From assembly GCA_964106645.2 (NCBI GenBank), contig OZ067042.1: 64,000 nt of DNA. One strand, given 5' to 3'. Below, one piece after another: positions 1-11,600 of this stretch. The DNA comes from Podarcis pityusensis (Eukaryota). The notes under the pieces were generated by a model that saw only the letters and a list, made by a program, of their open reading frames with translations, did no database searches and was not told the DNA's origin. How positions within the stretch are numbered: position 1 is the stretch's first letter; each line of letters opens with the position of its first letter. The translations under genes and the position numbers were made by a program.

Positions 1-427
1 GTGACACACCAGAACGCCTCTCCTCCCTCCAAAATTTGGCGAGAAGGGGATATTCTGCTAGTGGTGGAAGCGATTGGGCAGGCAGGGTGCTGCCTCTGGT
101 TAGGCTAAGAAGATTTTATAGAGCAAATGCTATAATGACAAAATTAGATGCTGACATCTTTGGAACTGATAATAATTTTGAAAGGCTTTTCTGATAAATT
201 CACCATGCAAAACAAAGAAAAGCTGCCTCCTTTTCGTGCTATTTGGGGACACAGGAATTCTGCATTGTAGGACAGAGGTGAAATGTTGGGAGAATATGCC
301 AATGAAGGTGTGTTTCCAGATCATTGATCTTAAAAATGTCAATATCCCAGTGCTTGGTGATCCATGTTATAGTGAAAAGAAATTCTGGATTCTTGATTGA
401 AAAGATTTCTTGTTATTGTTCTTACAG

Positions 428-501
428 TGTTCGCCAGCTCTGAGCCTGTACCTGGATTCCACGGAGAAACCTTACAGTTAGCATTCATCGACCTCAGACA
501 A
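428..501 (+). CDS. EXOC6: Exocyst complex component 6 (Sec15A), internal coding exon (third from last constitutive exon)
   Basis: ttcttacag|TG acceptor and CAA|gtaag donor; 74 nt encoding (L)FASSEPVPGFHGETLQLAFIDLRQ, which matches the vertebrate EXOC6 C-terminal region and joins in frame (phase 0) to 28371. Confidence 0.95.
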
Positions 502-1236
502 GTAAGACATTATTTGTATGCCTGTTAATGGTCACATTTTTTCTGAACACCAAGCCTTTGATTCATAGTCCAAGCAACCCTATGTGTTAGCAGATGACAT
601 GAAGTCCACTCACACAATGACTTGTTGACCCTCCATCCCCGGCTGCATTGCATGCTGCTCTGTAGGTTCGCTAGAGGGTGGCTTGGGAGAAGCAAGATGC
701 CGCTGCAGGAAGCCAGGCTGGGGAAACCCTGGGGCTTCTGAGCCACATCATCAGATGCTTATGCCATAAATGTGTTTGTTGGTCTTGATTTTGTTGCAAC
801 AGACATAGCACGACTACCCCTCTGACATTTTGGGAAATTTGGGGAAATGACTATCCCACTACTTCACGTGTAACAAGCAAAAGGGTATAGCTATTCAGTT
901 GTCAGAATGTGAGGTTGAATTATTATGCATTTGCAGAGTTGTAAATTTGAATGAAAAGGCTGTTTTAATATACGCTGATCTCATAATGAGTACAACCTTG
1001 ACCCATATTTCTGTGTGGTGCTATGTGAAATAGTTAAGTGGTAAGTAAGTTCAAATGATGGCTTTCGTATGGGTTTGTTTGTTTTTTAAACATGTTTAAG
1101 GCTAGAGTTATCATGCATCATCATTAAAAGCAACATTTTATTCTGTAGAATATAATCTCTTGTCGATCTTTTACTTTAGGCTGAAATCATATTTGAGACT
1201 GCATGATTCTAGTAGGGCCTTATGAGGAGAGGAAAA

Positions 1237-1243
<7 letters not shown>

Positions 1244-1284
<41 letters not shown>
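1244..1284. repeat. (AT)n microsatellite
   Basis: ~20 AT units. Confidence 0.95.
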
Positions 1285-1286
<2 letters not shown>

Positions 1287-3829
1287 TCCTTAATTTACCT
1301 TTTGTGGGGTGCACCTTTTGCATTTCCTCACATCATAGGATTTCTAATTTTTATTGTTATTAGTAATCTCTTTTACATAACTAGTCTATTGTTTGCTTTA
1401 AAATCATTACCCAATTCATTTTCACAACTACCCAGTGAAGGTAGGCCATTATGATAAATCGTAGTTTTACGTAAGAAAAAGCTGAACTCAGTTGTGTCTC
1501 TCCTAAGTATGACATAATATTTTCATTAGGTTCCAGGTACACCATTATGTGTTAAAAGTGGAATGCCTTCCAGGTATTTAAGCAACAAGTATTTTAATAC
1601 AATTCATTGCAATCATTTTTGCTTTGCTTCTGAATCCAGAACGTAAATGAAGACCAGTCCCTTTTTGTTTTCTTCCTCATCTACTAGCGGCTCATTGCAG
1701 TGATGTCAATCCTTACAAAGAGCAACATTTAGCTTTTAGTAAGGATTTAACACTCTTCCTCTCCCTTCTATTTATGATCCATTTCTTTCTTAATAGGCCA
1801 AATGACAGTTCTTTTCAAGCATACTTAGAAAGGCAACAGAGCCTTTTTCAGAAAGAGGTCATGCTTCTGTTTTTTAGTTTGAATTCGATACTGTTTCATG
1901 AATTGCAGGATATGAAAGATAAGGAAGTGGGTCCAGTGGTCAGGTTTTACCTGCCCACCCGGACTGTGCCCTGAGGTCAAACTCCTGATATTTGCTGTTT
2001 GGTACAGAGGAGCTGATGACAGGTAGGGGCTGATACAAGGGGGAAAGCTTGAACCATATCAAAGCTAAAAGGCAAGAGAATTGGGACTCAGTGAGAGACT
2101 GTAGCTAAAAGATGGATCAGCAGGGTTGCCCTCTTTTTAAAAAGTAGCTGACCTGTGAGGGAAAAGACTTTATCGTCCTGCCAATCACATGCTTACTAAT
2201 GGAAGCCAGTTATCTCAACAACAGCTTACTCTTTTCTGTGTGATTTCATGGCAACGGGCAAGATTAGTAGGAGCATGGGGTAGCCTTTGCTGGTTATTTC
2301 TGACACAAATTAATAAATGTAGCACGCACTGCAGTTAACTGTATAGTTTTGGTGCTTTGAAGACACATTCAGGGCTGTTTCAGGCTTGATGTAGATAGCA
2401 CTTCTGCGTAGGAAATAGCATGAAACAGCTGATGTATGTGCTGTAACATACATGACTACCTATATCAGCTTTTGCTAACTGGGTGCCCTCCAAGTGTTTT
2501 AGACTACAACTCCCATCAGCACCAGCTAGCACAGCTGGCTGACACTGTTGTTTTGCATGCCATTTTGCATGCTATTTTCATTTTAAAATTTTGTCAGAGT
2601 GGACATGGGCCTCATAGTGGCTGAAAACTGGAGCAAGAATCCAAAAGTGAAAATGGCTGCCTCTAAAGAACCACATGAAACATGTTCCTTTGTTCTCAGC
2701 AACCTGCTGTAATAATAATTTAACTGTTGCACAGAATATATTCCTCCATAGCTGATCTAGAACGACTAAAGTGAGAAGTAGAAATTAATTGGTAATTCCT
2801 TATGGAATGACTATAGCAAAGTTGTTCCAGTTCCAGACATATTCTTGCAGAAATCCACAGATAAAGCCTTCTTGAGCTATTGATTGCAAACTTTTGTATA
2901 TATATGCATCCTAAATAAATACTTTTTCCAGAGTTGTTTGTATGGGTGGTATTAGATGATGGAAAAATCAATTATTCTTTTCTACAACCAAATGGTCCTT
3001 ATTCCTAAGTAAATGTATTTTAGTATCAGGGAGGCAGAAGCAAACACCATTTTGTTCCTGTAGCTATGGCAGCAAGTTTTAAATGAATTTTTATAATGTG
3101 AAACTGCACATACTCAATGTCGTTAATTTGCCAACTCTGTTTTTTTAAAGTGTGCTGCTGTTGTTTTTTTCTGCTGTAAATAGGAATGTCAAAGCAGCTG
3201 GATAGAATGGACTGTTGGTTGTGCGGTGGTAGGGAAAGAAAATTGTATGCTTCAAAACTGGTAACATTCTGGTTATCTAAAGGGGGAATCTCTATAAAAC
3301 CATTAAGTCCAGGGTCTAAAATGATCTAGTGCTGCACAACTGAACCCAGTGCTGACTGACTTGTGATTTATAACTTGATGTACAGAGATGCACAATTCTT
3401 TGTTTTTCAAAGCCTGGTAACTTAAATATCCAAAAGTGACCAAAGGCTATATAGCACATTCAATTGATTTGGTAGGCAGGCCTTCGATTTTAACAGACTG
3501 AAATTTGCAGGAATTGCTTGCCAGGATTGGAAACTGTGATTATGCAAATAGGTATTAGAAGGAGAAGGCTGGTATAATTGTTGTTGGTGCCACACAGACA
3601 CTAAAGCCTAGATGTTCAGAGCTGGAAGGCCACAAATGGACCTACCTGTGACTGTCAAACTCCCGCTCAACTCAAATGTAAAATAGTTAACCTAACATTT
3701 AAAAAAGCATATATTGTCCCATAGATTGGCCTTAATACCTGAAGACTGGGAAGCGCCCAAGGTAACAACATGTTTTAAAAAAAGAGGTGCAGGAAATTAC
3801 TGGCAACCAAAATGATTAGGAGACTGAGG

Positions 3830-4310
3830 CAACTCTTCAGAGATTACAATGGTCAGGACTTTTTAACGTAGAAAAAAGGGAGTAAAAGGTGAGGGGACAT
3901 GAAGTTATCTGTGGTGTGGAAAAACTGGACAGAAACAAGTTTGCCTCCCTCACAATACTAGAAGCCATTGGGATCATCAACTGAAGCTAAAAGAGTGAGG
4001 ATAAACAAAAGGCAAGTGCTACTTAACATAGTTAAACTGTGGAATTTGCTGCCCCACAAGATGTGATGGGGATGGTCCAACTTAGTTGGCTTTAAAAGAG
4101 GTTTAGACTAGTTAATGAAGGATAAAGCTATCAATGAAGCAAATGGCCATCACGACACCTCCAGTATCACAGGCAGAATGCCTCTCAACAGTGGGAGAAA
4201 GCTATTGCCCTCATGCAGTGTTCTTGAGCTTGGCCACTGTGGTAAACCAGATTATGCAGGCTCAGGAGATCTCTTCTTATTTTCTTATGTTCTTACGCAT
4301 CTGCTGTCCT
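3830..4310 (+). mobile_element. CR1-type LINE, degenerate 3' fragment
   Basis: Decayed ORF2 end (gttaaactgtggaatttgctgcc...ggctttaaaagaggtttagac) and 3' UTR-like segment; similar to the copy at 32295-32600. Confidence 0.6.
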
Positions 4311-4689
4311 TCTAGAGTCAGCAGGATTTCCTTAAGTAGCCAGGTATTTGGCATCAAGGACCAATTATTATCCACTTGACCGTACTGGGTTCTAGAAGTT
4401 GTTCAAAACAGCTGCGGTTAAGACCTGTTATCCATTCACTCAGTATGATGTACACTCCTCTTCAGGGTAGCTAATGTGAGAAAAAGGTACAGTGGCTTTG
4501 TGAAATCCAGTCCCAACTGTTTATCAGAGGGCCGAAAGGTTATGAACAAGTGTACATTTTTGTAGGTGCATTCCGTCCTGTAATTCTAATGTTGAATAGA
4601 AATATTAACACATGCTGAAACATGTGAAATAGCTTACTGCCTAAGTGTTCACATGCTTGCCAGATACTGTTGTCTTTGTACTGATAGTC

Positions 4690-4834
4690 AGTGGGTAGCT
4701 CAGTTGGTTAGATCATGGTGCTGATAACACCAAGGTTGCAGGTTCACTCTCCATATGGATATAACTGCATTGCAGGGGGTTGAACTAGATGATCCTCAGG
4801 CTCCCTTCCAACTCTGCAGTTCTATGATTCTATG
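4690..4834 (+). mobile_element. tRNA(Ile)-derived SINE with CR1-like tail
   Basis: TAGCTCAGTTGGTTAGA..GGTGCTGATAACACCAAGGTTGCAGGTTC head; tail CCCTTCCAACTCTGCAGTTCTATGATTCTATG. Confidence 0.75.
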
Positions 4835-6594
4835 TATTGGTTAATGGCTTTGGCTACTGGTTGCTCTGAGGGGGTTTCTGCCTTGGCTTCTAAACTTCAT
4901 GCCCCCCCCCCCCCATTTGCCCATCTTATACTGATATGCTTGTTTTTCAATTTAAGAAGTAATTTGCTGTCGGATACTGTGCTATATACTTTGCTAAAGG
5001 CACAGAAAATAAGATCAACTCTGTTTCCTTTGTCCAATATAAAGTTTGGTCTCTATTTTTGCATTCTTGCTGACTTGCATCTCATTGCTCTTCTATTAAG
5101 CTTGGGAAGCAGCCTAAATCGTAGATACTTCCTGTAATTGGAAGCATTCTAAGCTTACAATTAATGGAACTTGTTCTGTGTAGCTAGACGCACTTTCAAA
5201 TAAATCCAGAATAATGTACAAACTAGAAATACTCAACTGAAAGGAGCTGAAAGTTCAAATGACGTAGAAATTATTCCCAGTAAGCTTAATTTAACTAAGC
5301 CAATAATACACCTTAAACTTCTTTTGAGCTCAAATTACTTTAATGAAGGTGTTAATTACTGAGGGATTAACACTACTTCCAAGTGATAATGGATGGAGTC
5401 CATCAATAGTGGGTTAGAATAATATGGTTTTAGGGAACACAAGAATTTACCAAAGGATTACTTGCCAGGAATGGATGCTATTTCAAAGTAGAGGCAGGTC
5501 ATAAGTGATGTGTGTTTTCCCCCTTAAATCGCAGCAGGCTTGAATGAGGGAAAGAAATTATCTCTCCATTGTGAGGGCAAAATATTTCTCTTTTTGGCAC
5601 AGTTCAACAAAAGCAAAAATAACTGAATTTATCAATCCCTAATAGCTTTAGCTGACAGGATGCCAAAGGCAACTCATTCATGAAGTCAATATTGGAAAGA
5701 TATGGGGAAATTAAAATAATCAACTACCTGTATATGGAAGTGTTATTTACATATTTTGAAAATGTACTGCGTAGGGAAGACAGCAGGTACAGAGTTCTAG
5801 AGTGAAAAGTAGCAATTCAATCTTACAATTTAACCATTTAAAATTTATAGCAATTAAGATTGCATGCTATATTTCAAGCATTTGTTCACCTGAATGTATT
5901 AATGGAACACAGCCGGTCACAACTGTGCTGTGACCTTTTTGTTTCTAAAGGTGGAAGCAAAGAGATTCCCCGGACCTCTTGCATGGTATCTGCAGGGATC
6001 CACCCTATCAATATTTGCTGATGACTCTTCTCCAGACAAAGTTCCTATAGTGACAGTGGTTACCAAGTAACTGAACTGCAATTGTGAGCTGCACAGGAGA
6101 AATCCAACCCAACGCAATCATGAGAAGATGGAAGCCATGTTGGCTGGCAAGCCCTGCTACCTCAGGGAGATTGCAGTTCCCCTCATACTGGGTTACCTTT
6201 CCCTGTCACTCAGGTTCATTGCCTTGGAAGCTGTTGGATCTTAGCACTTCACCCGCCTTCTGGAGAGGCTTTCTGTATCTGCCATAGATTGTAGGAAGAA
6301 CTACAGTGTGTCAAAACATCTGGTTTCAGTGCTTTGGTATATCAGTCAGCACAAGATGCCTCAGAGGAATTGCCAGGACTTACTAAATACCAGATGTGCT
6401 GAATCCCTGTTCTTTCTCAAACCACTCGTACTGGGCTTAATGGCCACTGAACTCAATCTAGTGCCAGCTGGCTACTCATGCTATCAAGTTTTAGTGTTCC
6501 TAATTCGAGGTTTGCTATTAGTGGTGCTGGAAAATAACAGTCTCTACTGCTTATGCTGCTCTACTTACTAAAGTTACTGGAGTCTCAAGTGACT

Positions 6595-7450
6595 TCTGTG
6601 TGGTTGGGAGTGCTTACGACCAGTTTAGGCTGGTTCACCAGCTATGGCTGTTCGTGGACCAGGATAGCCTGGCCCCAGTTGTCCACATTTTGGTGACCTC
6701 CTGTTTCGAGTGCCGAAATGTGCTCTGTGTGGGGCAGCTCTTGAAGGCAACCCAGAGGCAGCAGCTAGTTGCAGAACCTAGCTGGTGGGTTGTTAAGCGG
6801 AGCAGCCTGATAGGACTTTGTGTCACCAGTCCTGAAAGCACAACAAGTGGCTACCAGGTCCAAAACGTTAGTATAGCAACGTTCTGGGGATAGTGCTTAA
6901 AGCTAAAATGGTGTGTAGTCAAAACACAATGGGTGCAATGGCAAGTGGGATTGCAACTTACCGGTACCTAAATGCCTGTAAGTTGCAGGCTTACTGTACC
7001 ATTGTTGTTGTTGTTTAGTCGTTTAGTCGTGTCCGACTCTTCGTGACCCCATGGACCAGAGCACGCCAGGCACTTCTGTCCTCCACTGCCTCCCGCAGTT
7101 TGGACAGACTCATGCTGATAGCTTCGAGAATACCATCCAACCATCTCATCCTCTGTCGTCCCCTTCTCCTTGTGCCCTCCATCTTTCCCAACATCAGGGT
7201 CTTTTCCAGGGAGTCTTCTCTTCTCATGAGGTGACCAAAGTATACTGTTAGCTAAAGGACTCTGGGCCCAAGTTCTTTATAAAGCAGCATCAACCATCTT
7301 GGGCCTTGCAATGAGCAAGGGAGGCACTGTTGGTAGTGTCATCCCTGAGTGCTGCCCAGTTTGCACTGGCCTGTATCTGTCCTTCTCATTATTAATGTTT
7401 AGAAACAACTTACAAACATTCCTGTTTACCTAGGCTTTTGATGGCTGAAT
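6595..7450 (+). mobile_element. L2-clade LINE remnant (RT C-terminal region) interrupted by BovB
   Basis: ORF 6600-6893 (SAYDQFRLVHQLWLFVDQDSLAPVVHILVTSCFECRNVLCVG...) resembles the L2 motif AFYQLRLVRQLRPFLD..LATVVHALVTSRLDYCNALYVG; L2-like end acattcctgtttacctaggcttttga near 7420-7441. Confidence 0.6.
7002..7242 (-). mobile_element. BovB (RTE) LINE, 5'-truncated 3' end
   Basis: - strand translation RREDSLEKTLMLGKMEGTRRRGRQRMRWLD...WRALVHGVTKSRTRLND is the BovB/RTE C-terminus; (CAA)n tail. Confidence 0.9.
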
Positions 7451-8581
7451 GGTAATCTTGAAGTTGTTGACTGTGAGGGTATGTGGTTTGTTTGTGTGCT
7501 TTTTTACATGTTTTGGTTTCATTTTTAATTGTTAGCAGAAGAACTTTGACTAAGTAATAGAGCCATCTACTTTGCTGTAGATGTTCAATCCCTGGCATCT
7601 TCAGGTAGGGCTGGGAGAGTTCATTGGCTGAAACCCTGGAGACCCACTGCCAGTGACTGCCTTTAAAAACAAAAAACACCACATTGATGTTTGCCTCATT
7701 ATGCCAATAAAGGATGAATGAGTGAATAAATAACCGTTTGCTGCCTTGGGCTCCTTTGGAAGAAAGAGCAGGATAGAAATTTAATAAATAAAGAAAACTA
7801 ACTACTATTTGCTATCTTTTTTTTGTTACTATACTGAAGACAGACTGACTAAATGTGGAAAAGTAATAAGAACGATGCATGACCAAAAATAAAAATGTCA
7901 CTGAGCAAACTACAGAGTAAGTTCTGAGGAAAAATAATCCACCCCCACAGATCTGTTGTACTAATTCTTTTGACAATTTTGAGGGTGTTCTCCTAAGAAT
8001 CTGCATGTTGGTGTTATCATTTGTCATTGGTTTCTTCACACACATGCTGAAAAGAAGTTTTTGGTTGCCCCAAAATAATGTGTTTCACCTGAAGAGCACT
8101 ATTCTTGTGAGGAGAGGCTTTATGGTTGAAGAATGATATTGAATGAAAATTCTGTCATGAGAAATCATTTTGTAAATGGTGCATATGCTTAATATTCAGT
8201 AGTTTTTGAGGTATTACCATTAGTCACTTAAGTTTTTAATGCTGCTTGCAAGCCTGCAATCAAATAGGTTTGATCAGAGTGTTAATAATTTGATATATTG
8301 TAGGAACTGCTTCAATAAAACATTGTAGTCTCAAAAGTTACTTTTTTATTATTACTTTATTTCTTTTTATTTATATACTGTGTATATGCCCAAATGTCTT
8401 CTAAGTGGTTTACAACTATATAATAAAATTGTAATGCTGTTGTCCCGTTGCAATTCACATGGCCACCAATAGGCCACAGCAACTCCAGTGTGAGGACCAA
8501 ACATCAGGCATCCATGTCGTGAAAGAAAGCCATTTCTTTCATTAAGTTTTTTACAGGCAAAGTTTATGTTGAGTTGTTGGC

Positions 8582-8628
<47 letters not shown>
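8582..8628. repeat. (TG)n(AG)n compound microsatellite
   Basis: Read directly from the sequence. Confidence 0.95.
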
Positions 8629-8631
<3 letters not shown>

Positions 8632-11600
8632 TTTTACAGTGTAAAACCTATAATGTCTACCTGGAAGTAAGCCCTGTTGAATTCAGTGGGATTTAGTCCC
8701 TGTCAAGTGTCCATACCATTGCAGGCACAATATTCCAAATGAGCATTTGAAGCTTAAACCTGATGTTTTGGGGGCTGGAATCCTACATCTACTTTTACCT
8801 GGGAGTAAATATTGTGGAACTCAATAGGACATCCTTCTAAGTCAACATGTATAGGATTGCACTGTCTGTGGTTTTCCCAGCAATTTGTTTAAACCCCAGT
8901 TTGTTACATTCCCCATTTATTTGTCAAATTAATTTGTTAATTAACAGCAAAGGGATATAAATCGTGTTAATTAACACAAAATTAAATAAAGATGTGACTT
9001 TGCAGCAACATTTCCCCTCCCCAACAGTTGTGGATTATTGCAACTCTTCCGATGAGTGGAGAGTGAAATATGTTTGGAATTTGTCCATGCACTGTTTTAA
9101 ACATTGTGTTGTAAGTTCTGGAAAATGGTGACCTAAAACACTACTAATCCAACCAACTTTTACCTCTAAAATTGTTTTGTTGCTTTGTGCAAAAGGACTC
9201 TGTGTACAGGCTAACGGGCTACACAGAAACAACTTGTCCAGACCCCTTGCCCTTTGAAAACTGTCTGCCAGACGGCTCCTTTTCAAGCTGTAAACTCAAA
9301 AAGACAGTTCTTTTGCCACCGGTCCAGCTTATTCTTTAATGATGAGAAAGGAGGCACTACAATTAAACAATGTTTCTTTGTGTTTGTATTCAGGGTTGCT
9401 ATAGCATAAGTGGTGCCTGCCTTACTCGATTTTATCAACCTTGCGACTTTCTATGACCTTTCTTTAGAAAAAAATAATAATGCTTGACTTCTAAAACAGG
9501 ATTAGCAAAAGTTGTAGCATCAAAATATTTTCTGGGTATTCTAGCAGAGCAACCGCCTTGTTTGCACAATTCCTACCTAACATCCTGCATTCTCCCCCAC
9601 CCCCCACCACTTGCATACGGTCCTTAGTTCATTTGAAGTCCTAAGGAATTAGCAGTATATAATATAACAAGACCAGGCATCTCTCAGAATTTACCTCAAG
9701 GTCTAGATTTAAAGAAAGCACTCTGCCCTTTGGGGGAATTTAGGTTGTTAAGGATTAGTATGAACCCAAATAACTTTTGACTTTTTCAGAGCAGAACAAT
9801 TCCCTGTGGTTCAGCTGTCATAACCCCTGAGTTTATGTATTTATATACACTTACAAATGTGTGAGAGATTATATCCCCATTATAGTGACAGCTAATATCT
9901 TCACTTAAGGATGTCAATTTGAAACAGATGTACATATCTTAAAAGGAAAGTAAGGGCAATCTATTGTTAATGTTCAGACTTTATCCTTCATTGCAGTATC
10001 TAAATAGATTTTACTATTGAATTTTTTTTTTATAAAAATGCATTCCTGTTAATGTGATTGTCCTGTTCTCATATTTATAGCTAATGTACCTCACAGTGTT
10101 TAGTAGACCAGTTTAAGACTCTGTTGACACTTAAGATGAAACTACAAAGTCTGATGAAATATATCTTTGAAAATACATCCCTCCTGATACATTTGACGTA
10201 TCCCACCCCAATTAAAATTGTTTTAGTTGTGCTTTATGCATAGGAACAATTTGTCCTTGTTATAAATTATATATTGTCAGGGAGAATATCTGGATTTTAG
10301 TAAGACTGATGTATCTGAACTTACATAAAGAAACAATGAAGAAACTGGACAGAACACACATACCCCCTTTCTCCCTGTTTCTAAAACATTATCTTCATCA
10401 TTCCATAGACCTGTTCCTTTGGAGAGGGAGGGACTTGTTCCTTTTACTCATTTACATTTCTTGACTGCCCTTCCTTCTAAGGCATGAATGGGGAACCTTT
10501 AGCCCTCCAGAAGTTGTTGAACATCCACCAGCTGCAGCAAGTACAGCCATTGGCCAGGGATGATGGGAGTTTGAGTTCAGCAACATCTGGAGGACCAGAA
10601 GCTCCCCACACCTGTCATAAGGCACTCAGGTTAACAGATGTGTTTTTGCCTAAGCAGGCTACCACAGATTTTCCTCAAGGAGAATGTGAAAATGTACCAG
10701 TGGGTAATATGCCCTGGGGAAGTATCCCAAGGGCCAGATAGAGAGGTTTGGAGAGCCAAATCCCCTGGACCTGAGGTTCCCTTCCCCTGGACTAACATCT
10801 GTCTGCTACAGCAGCCATTTCCTCTGAGATCTGCAGTGACCCAGAGCTTCCAGTGCAGAACAGCAGCTGGAACATCTGAAATCTTATGAATGTCTTTGCC
10901 CCTCTCTAGTAACCCTTTTCTGTTTTGTTGTCAGATGCTTCAAGAACCTTGGTTAGTAAATAGTGTATAAATATTCTGAAACATTTAGCAATCTAAACCT
11001 ACAGGGCTCAACAGGTAGTTGAAAGACTCTTTTACTTGAGTGCTGCTGGTTTCCTTGTTCATTGACTACAGTTTTGAATGGGTTTGTGTTGTGCCGTGTT
11101 TGAGACAGCGGTAATCCCATATTCAGCTCTCTGTCAAATTCTGTATGTAATGGCTCTGAAATGTTTTCTGATTAAATCAGGGATGCTAGTCATATTCGTT
11201 GTTGGCCAAAAAAAAATATAAAATTGTCTTGTATATAAAGACATAAAGTCTCATAGCGAACATAGTTCACAATTGCATATGTTTAGCAGGGGTTACTTTA
11301 GGAGGAAACGTTGGCCAGCCTTTTAGGTTTTTAATTAAGAAGGTCACAATCAATTATAGCTGAATTTCAAAGAATTTAGCAATTAGCTGTAATCTGCAGT
11401 TCCCAGCGGGAGGCTTTCATACTATTAAAAAGAGATTGTTTCCATCTCTGATCAAAGCCAAAATAAAACTAACAAGATTATAAAATATTTTGTGTGTCTT
11501 ATGCAGCACACTATACCGCTGTGTTAGTGATCGGGGTTTTCTTTTATTTTTTAATGCTATCTTTTGGTTTGATTTATTTTTTAACATTTTATGTGTAGAG

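Noticed and set aside
4690-4765. tRNA-Ile gene
   Set aside because: Degenerate stems and B box, followed by a SINE tail.
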